Shown in pieces: positions 16,852 through 26,481 of a DNA stretch of 58,457 nucleotides (positions within the stretch are counted from its first letter, which is position 1; the number at the start of each line of letters is the position of its first letter). The notes under the pieces were generated by a model that ran no database searches, was not told where the DNA came from, and was given only the letters and a program-made list of their open reading frames with translations. A program made the position numbers and the translations under genes. This DNA comes from an uncultured Dehalococcoidaceae bacterium (GTDB lineage: Bacteria > Chloroflexota > Dehalococcoidia > UBA2979): NCBI GenBank assembly GCA_964414675.1, contig CAYPYF010000007.1, forward strand, positions 1 through 58,457. The letters run 5' to 3'.

Positions 16852-17391
16852 CTAGTTGGCGGTCGCGTCCGCGGGAGCGCCCTCGACGGGGACGAGGATC
16901 ACCTGCCCCACGAAGAGCGCGTTCGGGTCGGCCAGGTCGTTCAACTCGATGAGCGCAGGGACCGTGGTGTCATACCGCAGGGCGATCTGCTCGAGTGTGT
17001 CGCCCGCCTCGACGGTGTGTGTCGCGGGGGCAGGTGTCATGGAGAGGACTGGCCGCCCGGTCTCGACTGGAGCGATCGATGCGGGGACAAGGATGGGGGC
17101 AGTGACATCCGCGACGGCCGCAACTGGCTCCGCGCTCCCTCGAAGGGCGGTGACACCGGCCACCGCCACGGCGACGGAGAGCACGAACACCGCGAGGATC
17201 AGCGTGAGGCTGCGACCCTGCCGAGGAGGAGGGGAGATGTCCTCGGCGGGGTCACTGCCTGTAGTGGAAGTCGCCGCCTGGGCGAGGGCGACTTCTCGGT
17301 CACGTTCCGCGAGGGCGCGGAGGTATTCGGTCGGGTCCCGGTGCGCGGGGACGACAACCGACTCTGTGGCGCTGGGCGACGTCGTGGTCAC
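16852..17391 (-). CDS. Single-TM protein with C-terminal LysM domain
   Basis: TM LTLILAVFVLSVAVAVAG. HTVEAGDTLEQIALRYDTTVPALIELNDLADPNALFVGQVILVP. Confidence 0.88.
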   Translation of the reverse strand: MTTTSPSATESVVVPAHRDPTEYLRALAERDREVALAQAATSTTGSDPAEDISPPPRQGRSLTLILAVFVLSVAVAVAGVTALRGSAEPVAAVADVTAPILVPASIAPVETGRPVLSMTPAPATHTVEAGDTLEQIALRYDTTVPALIELNDLADPNALFVGQVILVPVEGAPADATAN

Positions 17392-17603
17392 GTGCGGCTT
17401 CCTCGTCCCATCCGCGACAAGGGTGCCCCATGCGAAGTCAGAGTTTTATAAGAGAATCATCGGACTTCCTCAGAAGTTCACGCCGACATCAGATGGGACG
17501 CCTCGCGACATCAGTTGGAGTGCGGACCAGAGTTCTCAGCGGAGATAAGAGCCACGTCCCCGCACGCTTTACGAGGGCGGATCACGGCAGCATGATCGCG
17601 CTC

Positions 17604-17855
17604 ATGGAACGCACATTGCCTGAGGATCCGCTCGACGTGCTGAACGATCTGGTAGCAGTGCTCGACGGATCAGGACTCGATCCGGCGTTGCGTTATGCGC
17701 TGACGGTGATCCTTGTCGCGCAGGAAGTCCGTGGGACCGTCACAGGCCCGTTCCCTCGCCAGTTGCAAGAGCGAGTCAGTGACCTGCTCGATGAGCTGCA
17801 GATCGCGGCGAGTGCCGCCCAGCCGGTACGGCTCGCGCGCCACCGCGTCCCCTAG
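17604..17855 (+). CDS. Small hypothetical helical protein
   Basis: Protein-like composition (DPLDVLNDLVAVLD...VSDLLDELQ). Start at 17592 or 17604, divergent from lysM. Confidence 0.5.
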   Translation: MERTLPEDPLDVLNDLVAVLDGSGLDPALRYALTVILVAQEVRGTVTGPFPRQLQERVSDLLDELQIAASAAQPVRLARHRVP

Positions 17856-18066
17856 CCGCCCTCGGCCGCTCCGATCGCCATCGTTCCGTCATCGAATGGC
17901 CCTGACGCCCTCGCATCCGCGCGTCCGAGCGCTCGTCGCCGCCGTCGTTCATGTTCAACCGCAAGATCAGGGACAACCCCTATGGGGAACCAGCGGCCGA
18001 TGGCGCACGTTGTGCATGTGGTGAGGCCATGGAGCTGCACCCGGCGCGGCATCGAGGAGCGACGAC

Positions 18067-18195
18067 ATGCACACTGTTCAGCACAGCCTGTCCCTGAGGA
18101 GTCTTCTCGACCTGCTCCGGCTAAAGGTGCCCGGAAACAACCGTCGTGCGGCCATCCTCGCGCGCGTGGAGAAGTACGGACCGGTGTCCCGATGA
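18067..18195 (+). CDS. 42-aa small protein (not in the ORF track)
   Basis: GAGGAG RBS before ATG 18067: MHTVQHSLSLRSLLDLLRLKVPGNNRRAAILARVEKYGPVSR. ATGA overlap with the next ORF. Confidence 0.55.
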   Translation: MHTVQHSLSLRSLLDLLRLKVPGNNRRAAILARVEKYGPVSR

Positions 18196-18386
18196 GCACG
18201 ACGGCTGAAGGCCCCACGGTCAACGAGGACACGGCGCCAAAGGTGCTGAACAGCCTTCATCGAAGCGAACCCAACCTCCTCGGGCAGGCCTCAGCTTCGC
18301 TGGAGATCGACAGCCGCCGACTCGGACAACTCCGGACGGCGTTCCTGGCTCGGGCGCGCCGGGGTTGCCTCGCCTCGGCCAGCTAG
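18192..18386 (+). CDS. 64-aa small protein
   Basis: ATGA-coupled to the 18067 ORF and followed by a strong inverted repeat. Confidence 0.55.
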   Translation: MSTTAEGPTVNEDTAPKVLNSLHRSEPNLLGQASASLEIDSRRLGQLRTAFLARARRGCLASAS

Positions 18387-18408
18387 TCGCCGCGATACCG
18401 ATACAAAC

Positions 18409-18437
18409 AGAGAGCGCCGGGTTCCCCGGCGCTCTCT
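18409..18437. terminator. 13-bp inverted repeat, probable bidirectional terminator
   Basis: AGAGAGCGCCGGG-TTC-CCCGGCGCTCTCT between convergent genes. Confidence 0.75.
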
Positions 18438-18597
18438 CGTTGTGTGCGATCTTGTCTTTGATCGACTCCGGCCCCCCTCCCTCCTCGCGGGGGACGGTTG
18501 GGGTGAGGAAGTGCCGCGCTGCTGCACCGCTGTTCGCGGGCCGGTCGTCCGAACTCACCCGCTATCGGGTCGGAACATCCATCACTCAGGCTTCGTC

Positions 18598-18819
18598 CTA
18601 GTAGTGAGGCATCGCGAGCGCCGCGCTCATCCTCTGCAGCGCGTAGGCGCCGACATACCCGAGGAATCCAGCGATCGGGATCATGAGCGCGCCGGCTGGA
18701 TCGAGGGCGAGCGTGAACGCCAGCGAAGCGACGCCGATCACAGCGGATAGCGTGAGCAACTTCCAGGCGATGAAGAAGTAGATGGCAACCATGAGCGACC
18801 TGTCGCGACCGGAAACCAT
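18598..18819 (-). CDS. 73-aa membrane protein of unknown family (paralog 2)
   Basis: GGAGAGG RBS before ATG 18819. 29/73 identical to 16612..16833 without gaps (hand count). Confidence 0.8.
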   Translation of the reverse strand: MVSGRDRSLMVAIYFFIAWKLLTLSAVIGVASLAFTLALDPAGALMIPIAGFLGYVGAYALQRMSAALAMPHY

Positions 18820-18910
18820 CTGTCCCACCTCTCCGCCCACCACCACGACGATGGTACCGCATTTGAGGTTCCTCAGAGACTAGGGTTCCCCCTGACCACT
18901 CACTGAGAAG

Positions 18911-19438
18911 TCAGCCCACCGCGGTCGCGAACGACGAGGCATAGAGCGTCAATATGGCTCCGACGGCCAGCGCGGGGCCATAGGCGAACGTCGCACGCCG
19001 CCCTCGCCCCGCCGCGACGATCGCCACCGCAAGCAGGGCACCGGTGGCGGTGCCGAAGAGGAGATATGGGATCACGCCGCTGGCCCCGAGGAAGGCGCCG
19101 ACCATCGCGCTGAACTTCACATCTCCAAGCCCGAGCGATCCTCGCCCAAACCACCACGCGACACCGGAGATGCCGAGCGCCAGCAGCGCGCCAGACAGGG
19201 CGGCGAGGAACGCCGCCGGCCCGACGATGCCGGCAACGATGAACATCGCGACCGTGCCGGGGTACGTCAGCGCGTTCGGGATCCGCCGCTCGACGAGGTC
19301 GACGGCGACAGCGTATCCGATGAGGCAGCCGAACACCCCGATCCAGAGGACCGATGGACCGTCGACGCCCGCCCAGGCCGCGGGGACGGTCAGCGCCAGG
19401 ACGACAGCGGGCACGGCGAGGGGGGCAAACATTGCCAT
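18911..19438 (-). CDS. Prepilin peptidase (A24A), second Tad locus
   Basis: VDLVERRIPN and GLGDVK aspartate motifs, FAYGPAL tail. Confidence 0.88.
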   Translation of the reverse strand: MAMFAPLAVPAVVLALTVPAAWAGVDGPSVLWIGVFGCLIGYAVAVDLVERRIPNALTYPGTVAMFIVAGIVGPAAFLAALSGALLALGISGVAWWFGRGSLGLGDVKFSAMVGAFLGASGVIPYLLFGTATGALLAVAIVAAGRGRRATFAYGPALAVGAILTLYASSFATAVG

Positions 19439-19830
19439 CAGCCGTCGCCCCGCAGCGCCGCCCGGGTGGAGGCGCTGGCACCTCCACCCGGCGCGGTGGC
19501 GCTGACCCGGACACCGGGTGCGAGCCCGAGTCGATCAGCAGAGCCGGCGGCAACCTCGAGCGCATCGACGCCGCGTCCCCCGGCCACCATCCGGTACGGG
19601 ACGACATCTCGAGCGACCTGCGTCACGACGCCCTCGCGGAGGAACACGATGTCCAGGGGGAACCGCATCCCGATCGTGTGGAGGCTCGAACAGCGGGGAA
19701 ACAACATCCCCTCGACACCATCGGGCATCGTCCGCCGTCCCATGAGGCCGCGGAAGCGCGACCACGGGTTGGTGGCGTGTGCGGCGCTCAGGACACCCAC
19801 ATCCCCGACGGTGAGCTTGATCGTGTGCAC
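19438..19830 (-). CDS. DUF192 family protein, second Tad locus
   Basis: SRFRGLMGR...EGMLFPRCSSLHTIGMRFPLDIVFL...ALEVAAG. Confidence 0.85.
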   Translation of the reverse strand: MHTIKLTVGDVGVLSAAHATNPWSRFRGLMGRRTMPDGVEGMLFPRCSSLHTIGMRFPLDIVFLREGVVTQVARDVVPYRMVAGGRGVDALEVAAGSADRLGLAPGVRVSATAPGGGASASTRAALRGDG

Positions 19831-19832
19831 CG

Positions 19833-20735
19833 CTAGCTCCCGAACTGCTCGACGGCGTAGAGGCCGATCGGCCCGAGGATGACGAGGAACAGCGTCGGGA
19901 AGATGAACATCGCCGTCGGCAGGATGATCTTCACCGGCACCTTGGCTGCCTTCTCACGGGCGATCTGGCGTCGGCGCTCTCTGATCTCCCCGGCGTGGTT
20001 CCGCAGGATGCGAGCGATGGGGAACCCGGTGCGCTCCGACTGGGCGACCGCACGCGCGAACAACCGCATGTCGGCGACACCAGAGCGTCGCGCCATCGCC
20101 TCGAACACCTCGGTCCGGTCCCGGCCCAGGCTGATCTCGCGGACCGCCCGGCCGAACTCCTCGGCGGTCGGGCCACTCATCCGCTCGGACACCGTGAGGA
20201 GCGCTGCCTGGAGACCCAGTCCAGCCTCGATGTTGGTGATGATGAGGTCGATCGCGTCGGGCAAGCGCTTGTTGATGGCGGCAGAACGCGCCGCGGCCTT
20301 CCGACGAAGGAGGAACCACGGAAGCACCGTGCCCAGCGCCATCCAGACCAGCGGCGCAAGCAGCATGCGGCCGCTGAGTTCCCGCCCGGACACAATCGCG
20401 AACATCGTGACGAAGAGCGGCAGGACTATGCCGGACGCCACCCAGATCATGAGGAACGCGCGAAGTGAGATGGGGGCGCCGGCGGTCTCCAGCTGGCTCC
20501 GCACGGCGGCGACGACCCGGCTGGGCAACACCACCATGGCGGCGCCCGTGACCTTCGAGAACACGGGCTGCACCACCCGCTGCACGAACGATGTCGCGAG
20601 CGGGTCCGACTGCTCGGCCGGATCGGCCATTCGAGCGATGCGGCGCTCGGCCGCCTGCGACCGGTTCGACCGGAAGAGAGCGAGCACCAGGAGGCCAACG
20701 CTGAAACCGATGGCGCCTGCGATCAGTGCGGGCAT
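19833..20735 (-). CDS. tadC: TadC, second Tad locus
   Basis: Start MPALIAGAIG at 20735. LPDAIDLIITNIEAGLGLQAAL, AKVPVKIILPTAMFIFPTLFLVILGP. Confidence 0.92.
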   Translation of the reverse strand: MPALIAGAIGFSVGLLVLALFRSNRSQAAERRIARMADPAEQSDPLATSFVQRVVQPVFSKVTGAAMVVLPSRVVAAVRSQLETAGAPISLRAFLMIWVASGIVLPLFVTMFAIVSGRELSGRMLLAPLVWMALGTVLPWFLLRRKAAARSAAINKRLPDAIDLIITNIEAGLGLQAALLTVSERMSGPTAEEFGRAVREISLGRDRTEVFEAMARRSGVADMRLFARAVAQSERTGFPIARILRNHAGEIRERRRQIAREKAAKVPVKIILPTAMFIFPTLFLVILGPIGLYAVEQFGS

Positions 20736-20737
20736 GG

Positions 20738-21730
20738 CTACGCCTCCACCTTGCTGACCATCTTGATGACGAAGTAGCCGAACGCATCGAGGGCAATCGC
20801 AGCCCCGAGGATCAGGCGCCCGATGGGATCCGTGAACAGCAGCCCGTATCGGAGCGGGTCCATCACCACCAGGGCGGCGACCATGACAACCGGGATGCCG
20901 GCCACGATGACCGCCGAGTACCGAGCCTGCGAGGTGAGCGCGGCCACCTCTCGCTTGAAGCTCTGGCGATAGCGGATCGTCTCCGCGACTCCCTCGAGCA
21001 GTTCGGCGAGGTTGCCGCCGCTGCGTCGCTGGATGCTGATTGCGGTCGCGAGCATCTCGAAGTCGGCGCTGTTCAACCGCTGGTTCAGCGCCACGAGTTC
21101 CGTGTCGACATCCGACCCGAGTCGGACGCTGTCGACGAGCCGTGCGAGCTCGCTGCCGAGCGGTTGGCCGATCTCGGCGGCGGTCGAGGTGAGGGCCTGG
21201 ACGTATCCGTAGCCACCTCGGAGCATCGAGGCCATCAGCTCGCACAGCTCTACGAGTTGCCCCTCGATGGCGGCCGCGCGGCGGCGAATCAGGATCCCGA
21301 GGGCCAACGAGGGGATCGCGAACCCCGCCACAATCCCAACCAGCGCGCCGCCCACGGCGCCCCCACCAGCCGCGAGGATGCCACCCACGACGGCTCCCCC
21401 GGCGGCGCTGCCACCGATGGCTACCAGCCGGAGGGCAATGTACTCGCCCACGCGGAGCGGCAGGCCCGAACGCTGGAGCGCGTTCTGGGTCCCCAGGCTC
21501 GCGCCCTGCCCCAGTTGCTCCGTAAATCGACCGAATCGGCGCGGCCCCCCGCGTCGGACGGCATTGTCCAGGCCGGCGGCGTACGGCGAGTCGCTCTCCA
21601 CGAGCGCTTGCACGCGTCCCCGCGCTACGGCAGCCGGGGAGCGCAACATGCCGAACCCGGCCACGACCAGCATGACCGCAAGTCCGATGCCCGCGGCAAT
21701 CGTGAACGGGACCATGGTGACGTCGCTCAT
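20738..21730 (-). CDS. tadB: TadB, second Tad locus
   Basis: T2SSF core (ISIQRRSGGNLAELL, EVAALTSQAR). ATGA overlap with cpaF. Confidence 0.92.
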   Translation of the reverse strand: MSDVTMVPFTIAAGIGLAVMLVVAGFGMLRSPAAVARGRVQALVESDSPYAAGLDNAVRRGGPRRFGRFTEQLGQGASLGTQNALQRSGLPLRVGEYIALRLVAIGGSAAGGAVVGGILAAGGGAVGGALVGIVAGFAIPSLALGILIRRRAAAIEGQLVELCELMASMLRGGYGYVQALTSTAAEIGQPLGSELARLVDSVRLGSDVDTELVALNQRLNSADFEMLATAISIQRRSGGNLAELLEGVAETIRYRQSFKREVAALTSQARYSAVIVAGIPVVMVAALVVMDPLRYGLLFTDPIGRLILGAAIALDAFGYFVIKMVSKVEA

Positions 21731-23049
21731 CGGAGGGCCGTCCGATCCGGCGGGGCCGCCCAGGCCTCGGAGACCCCGAACATGTGGAATCGCTCTGCGA
21801 ACTTCGGGCGAATCCCCGTCGCCCGGATCTCACCGACCACGCGGCCGTCTGCGCTGAGGTCCTGCGAGTTGAAGCGGAAAATGTCCTGGAGGGCGATGAC
21901 CTCACCCTCCATGCCGGCGACTTCAGAGACCGCGACCACCTTGCGCGTGCCGTCCACCATGCGGCTGATCTGGATGATCAGGTGCAGCGCAGACGCCATC
22001 TGCTCACGGATCGCGATGGTCGGGAGTTCGAACCCCGCCATCATCACCATGTTCTCGATACGAGACAGGGCGTCCCGCGGCGTGTTCGCGTGGACCGTGG
22101 TGATCGAGCCCTCATGGCCGGTGTTCATCGCCTGCATCATGTCGAAGGCTTCCGACCCGCGGACCTCACCGATGATGATGCGATCCGGCCGCATACGGAG
22201 TGAGTTCCGCACCAGGTCGCGCTGGGTGACCTCGGCCTGCGACTCGCCGGTCTTCGGACGAGCCTCCAGCGTCACCTTGTGCGGCTGGCGCAACTGGAGC
22301 TCGATCGGGTCCTCGATCGTGACGATCCGCTCGTTCCGGGGGATGAAGCCGGAGAGACCGTTGAGCAGCGTGGTCTTCCCGGAGCCAGTGCCGCCAGAGA
22401 CGACGATGTTGACCTTGGAGATGACGGCCGCCCGGAGGAACCCGGCGACCTGCTGAGACATGCTCCCGATCCGGATCAGGTCGTCGATGTCAAAGCGATC
22501 CTTCTGGAACTTCCGGATCGTGATCGACGGGCTGTGGACCGCTACCGGCGGAATGACGATGTTCACACGGGAGCCGTCGGGCAGCCGCGCGTCGACGAAC
22601 GGGGAGGCCTCGTCCAGCCGCCGCCCGAGCGGGCCGACGATACGGTCCGCGACGCGGCGGATGTGGTCCCGGTCACGGAACCGCACCGGGCTGGCGTAGA
22701 GGATGCCCGAACGCTCGTAGTAGACCTCGTCGGGCGCGTTCACCATGACCTCGCTGACCTCGGGGTCGTCGAGGAGTGGCTGGATGGGGCCGAAGCCCAC
22801 CACTTCGTCCACGACCGCCTGGATCACCTCGGCGCGGGTGATACCAGCGATGCTGGGCGCGACCTCGAGCACGAGGTCGGTGACGAGCCGCTCGACGTTC
22901 TTCCGCGCCTCCTCGGGCGTCAGGAGCGTGAGCGCGCGAGCGTCGATCTCATCGACGGCCCGAGCGTGAATGCTGGTGATGAGGCGGTCCCGGCCATCGC
23001 GGGGATTGGCGTCGACCACTCGGATGGGATGCTCTTGCTGAAGCGTCAT
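21727..23049 (-). CDS. cpaF: CpaF/TadA ATPase, second Tad locus
   Basis: GGTGSGKTT, LRMRPDRIIIGEVRG, MNTGHEGS. Confidence 0.95.
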   Translation of the reverse strand: MTLQQEHPIRVVDANPRDGRDRLITSIHARAVDEIDARALTLLTPEEARKNVERLVTDLVLEVAPSIAGITRAEVIQAVVDEVVGFGPIQPLLDDPEVSEVMVNAPDEVYYERSGILYASPVRFRDRDHIRRVADRIVGPLGRRLDEASPFVDARLPDGSRVNIVIPPVAVHSPSITIRKFQKDRFDIDDLIRIGSMSQQVAGFLRAAVISKVNIVVSGGTGSGKTTLLNGLSGFIPRNERIVTIEDPIELQLRQPHKVTLEARPKTGESQAEVTQRDLVRNSLRMRPDRIIIGEVRGSEAFDMMQAMNTGHEGSITTVHANTPRDALSRIENMVMMAGFELPTIAIREQMASALHLIIQISRMVDGTRKVVAVSEVAGMEGEVIALQDIFRFNSQDLSADGRVVGEIRATGIRPKFAERFHMFGVSEAWAAPPDRTALR

Positions 23050-24255
23050 CTATGCGCCCTTTCCGACGAGGCGGCTGAGCGAGACCAGTGCGGCGCGTTC
23101 ACGAGTGGGGCGGACGCCGGCCAGCGATTCTGCCGCCTCCCGGAGGATCCGGCTGTACTTGCTCTTGGGATGCGACAGCGCGAGGGGCATGCCCGACTGG
23201 ACGGACAGGCCGACGGCGGAGTCGAAGGGGATGACGTGCGCCAGCTCCAGGCCGGTCGCCCGCTCGACGTGCTCGGGGCGGATCGCCGCGGCGCGGTTGC
23301 AGTCATTGACCACGAGGCGGACCCGCTCGCTGGGCATCCCCCAGGACTCGAGGATCCGCAGCGCGGTCTTCGTGTCCTTGATGCTGGACACGTCGAGCGA
23401 CGTCACCAGCATCACGACCGCGGCCTCGTTCAGGGAGGCGGCGACGAGCTCGTTCATGACGCCCGGGGTGTCGATGACGACGTACTCGTGCGTCTCAGCC
23501 AGGCTCCTGACGATCTCCGACATCTGCTCGGGCTGGACTGCCCGCCAGTCGTCCGGCTCGGAGGCCGCCATCAGGACGTTCAGGCCGCGCTCGTGACGGA
23601 CCAGGTACCGGCCCACGGTGTTGCGGTCGATCTCGCGCTCGTTCCGCGCGAGGTCCGCGATGGAGTGCTTCACGTCGAGGTCGAGCATGACGCCGACGTC
23701 GCCGAACTGGGCGTCACCGTCGACGAGCGCGATCTCCTGGCCCGTGACCTCGCGCAGCGAGACCGCGAGGTTCGTCGCGAGGGTCGTCTTGCCGATGCCA
23801 CCCTTCGCGCCGGCGACCGTGATCACGGTGCCGCGGGCTCGGACGTCGGGCGCGTCGGACCAGCGCGAGAGCTGCTTCTGCTCCTCCTGCGCCAGCACGG
23901 AGTGCACGGAGTCGCGTAGTTCCTGCGCAGACACCGGCTTCTCGAGGAAGTCTCGCGCGCCGGAACGCATCGCCTGCCGCATCAGCCCGGAGGCCAGCGC
24001 GGAGGAGTACGCGATGATCGGCGTGTCGGGGAGTTGCTGCTGCAGGCTCTCCAGCGTCGCGAGGGCGCGCACCGGAGGGTCCTCCAGTGCAATAACGATG
24101 ACGTTCGGACGCTGCTGAGTCGCCAGGAAGACGGCCTCCGTGCCGTACCCGGACTCACCGGCGCAGTCGATCCCGATGGTCTCCAGCGTCCGCGACATGT
24201 CGAGGCGGGAGTCGAGGTTCGGGTCGACGATCAAGGAGGTGAGGTTGCGTGCCAC
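23050..24255 (-). CDS. cpaE: CpaE/TadZ (receiver-like domain + MinD-like ATPase)
   Basis: N-terminal receiver-like fold, deviant Walker A GAKGGIGKTT, VIDTPG. Confidence 0.93.
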   Translation of the reverse strand: MARNLTSLIVDPNLDSRLDMSRTLETIGIDCAGESGYGTEAVFLATQQRPNVIVIALEDPPVRALATLESLQQQLPDTPIIAYSSALASGLMRQAMRSGARDFLEKPVSAQELRDSVHSVLAQEEQKQLSRWSDAPDVRARGTVITVAGAKGGIGKTTLATNLAVSLREVTGQEIALVDGDAQFGDVGVMLDLDVKHSIADLARNEREIDRNTVGRYLVRHERGLNVLMAASEPDDWRAVQPEQMSEIVRSLAETHEYVVIDTPGVMNELVAASLNEAAVVMLVTSLDVSSIKDTKTALRILESWGMPSERVRLVVNDCNRAAAIRPEHVERATGLELAHVIPFDSAVGLSVQSGMPLALSHPKSKYSRILREAAESLAGVRPTRERAALVSLSRLVGKGA

Positions 24256-24278
24256 GAGCGGGCCTCTTTCCGGGTGGG

Positions 24279-25145
24279 CTAGCGGCTGGCAGCGAGGCCG
24301 GTGGCGACGCCGTCAGCGGACTCGAGCTTGAAGAGCGGGTTGAGCGCCGTGCTGTTCGTGTCACCGAACGAGCGCAGTGCCAGCCCCAGCGTGCCGCGCT
24401 GGGCAGCCATGAAGAGCGCCTGGGCCTGTTCCGGGTCCACGGCCAGCGTCACGGAGCGCGCCTCTGGCTGGGCCTCGGCGGTCTCCACGCGCAGCGTCGC
24501 CGGGTCGCGCGCGCCGTCGAGCGGCGGCGTCGTCTGCTGCGCGACCGCGAGCACCAGGACGTCCTGGAGGACCGTGATCACCGTGGGGTGGCTGGACGGG
24601 TCGTCCTCGGTGTTGGTGGGGGTCTGGAGCTCGAACGGACCGAAGAGGTTGCCGTACTCCGTGGAGACCAGGACGTCGACGCGGTCGCCCGGGACGATGA
24701 GTCCGCCGGCGCCGCTGACCTCGGTCACCGGGACCGAGAGGCCGCGCATGCCGGCCGGGACCGTGAACGCGAGTCCGGTGCCAGTGGCGGAGTCCTCCCC
24801 GACAACGCGGGATGGGAGAATCTGCTCGCCCTGGACGAGGGGGTAGCGGGCGACGCGTCCGACCACGTCGTCAAGGTCGCGGACGGCGCCCGGCAGCACC
24901 GCGGAGGGGTGCACATCGCGCAGCTCCAGCATGGCGCTGGTGATCTCCGTGCCGGCCGCGATGCCTTCCCGCACGAGCACGACGGACTCCGTCCGCGCGT
25001 CGCTCATCATCGCCGAGGCCTCGGCGGTCGCGTCCGACTCCTGCGAGTCGATCCAGACGAAGGCCGCCGCTGCCGAGGCTGTCCCCAGGACAACCGCCAG
25101 GAGCATCAGCGCGCTCCCCGACGCCAGATTCCGCAAACGTTCCAT
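24279..25145 (-). CDS. cpaB: CpaB/RcpC pilus assembly protein (SAF domain)
   Basis: GMRGLSVPV..VSGAGGLIVPGDRVDVL, TVLQDVLVLAV, VTLAV.P.QA..L..A...G.L.LALR. Confidence 0.92.
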   Translation of the reverse strand: MERLRNLASGSALMLLAVVLGTASAAAAFVWIDSQESDATAEASAMMSDARTESVVLVREGIAAGTEITSAMLELRDVHPSAVLPGAVRDLDDVVGRVARYPLVQGEQILPSRVVGEDSATGTGLAFTVPAGMRGLSVPVTEVSGAGGLIVPGDRVDVLVSTEYGNLFGPFELQTPTNTEDDPSSHPTVITVLQDVLVLAVAQQTTPPLDGARDPATLRVETAEAQPEARSVTLAVDPEQAQALFMAAQRGTLGLALRSFGDTNSTALNPLFKLESADGVATGLAASR

Positions 25146-25222
25146 GTTGGTACTCCGCTACTTGTTCCCCGGCCCATGGGCCGGACTTCCGCTACTTGCC
25201 TCAGCGCTACTGCTGAGGGTTG

Positions 25223-26479
25223 CTACTGCTTGAGGAAGACCTCGATGTCGCCATAGGTGGTCTCGTAGCCGAGGCCCGAGTTGGTGAGCCCCGCCTGTTC
25301 GACGTAACGAGCGTGAATGGTGAATCGCTGCCCGCCGCCACCACCACCACCGGTAGGCATGTCGCAGTCCGGATAGAAGATCGCGTTGCGAGTACAGCCC
25401 TCGAGGAACATCCGTGCGAAGCCCCGTACTTCGTAAGAGTTTGTGAGGCTCCCATCGTGCTGAGTAAAGTTGCGGATGACGATCATGATCACGTTGCGCG
25501 GACTGGTCTGGATGCCGCTTGTGGAGGGATCGCAGTCATACGGCGCAAGGGATTCGGCGGGGTGTTGGGCGGGGTTCCCGTGATAGCGCCAGATTTCGTA
25601 GAAGTCGTCACGAGAGTTGTTCAAGCCAGGCGGGTACAGATCGATCGCGACTGAGTTCAGGGCTGAGTTCCCGGCATTGAAATTCGTGAGCGTCACGGCG
25701 GCGTTCGCATCACACAGACCCTCTCCCGCGATGCGAGCCTCAATGCCTGTTCGGATCTGTCCCACGCTTCCACCTGCATAGGCGTTCACTGTGTCGCCGA
25801 CGCTGCAGAAGATGTTGGAGCCGCTAGTGATGTTCGAGATGTAGGTGGGGCCGGTGTGTCCGCTTTTACTGGCACACGCACCAGCGTTCACGAGAGCAAG
25901 CGCTCCGACCATCGACCCCGCACCACCGTCAACGACGATGTCACAACGTTCTCCGAGGATGGGTTCCCTGGCCGGCGTGAAGCAGGTGCCTTCAGCGGTG
26001 CCGTCCTCGGAGAGTGCGAACGGCATCAGACCGTTCATGTCCGAAGGCCGCCCCGCGCACGCGATCGCTGTAGCCCTCGCCTCCCAGAGGTCGAGACCAA
26101 GGAGTCCCACGAGGAACGACGCTGGCTCACGCGCGACGGTGACACTGACCCCAAGTGGCGGGCTAGACGCTGAACCAGGAGGGAAGCACGTGTCAGCGTG
26201 TACCAAGGTTCGGCTGAAGTCGTCGTCGCCAGTCACGCCATTCCGAACTGCCCACTCGTCGGCAGCAAGAAGCGCATCTGCGCCGGTGTCGGAAGCGTCG
26301 ATGCGTAGTTGCAGCGCACCCGCCAATGCAGCCTTGTCCGCCGCGTTCTGAACGTCACGCCGCTCGTTCACGAGCAAGCCGACGTCCACTGAAAGTGCGC
26401 CGAACATGGCAAAGAGCCACACTCCGGCGGCCATCATCACGACGGCTTGCCCTCTGGAATCAGCGAGTCTCTTGAACAT
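25223..26479 (-). CDS. TadG-like pseudopilin/tip adhesin, second locus
   Basis: SRGQAVVM + hydrophobic helix, VDVG, VQNAADKAALAGA. Cys-rich variable body. Confidence 0.85.
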   Translation of the reverse strand: MFKRLADSRGQAVVMMAAGVWLFAMFGALSVDVGLLVNERRDVQNAADKAALAGALQLRIDASDTGADALLAADEWAVRNGVTGDDDFSRTLVHADTCFPPGSASSPPLGVSVTVAREPASFLVGLLGLDLWEARATAIACAGRPSDMNGLMPFALSEDGTAEGTCFTPAREPILGERCDIVVDGGAGSMVGALALVNAGACASKSGHTGPTYISNITSGSNIFCSVGDTVNAYAGGSVGQIRTGIEARIAGEGLCDANAAVTLTNFNAGNSALNSVAIDLYPPGLNNSRDDFYEIWRYHGNPAQHPAESLAPYDCDPSTSGIQTSPRNVIMIVIRNFTQHDGSLTNSYEVRGFARMFLEGCTRNAIFYPDCDMPTGGGGGGGQRFTIHARYVEQAGLTNSGLGYETTYGDIEVFLKQ

Positions 26480-26481
26480 CG

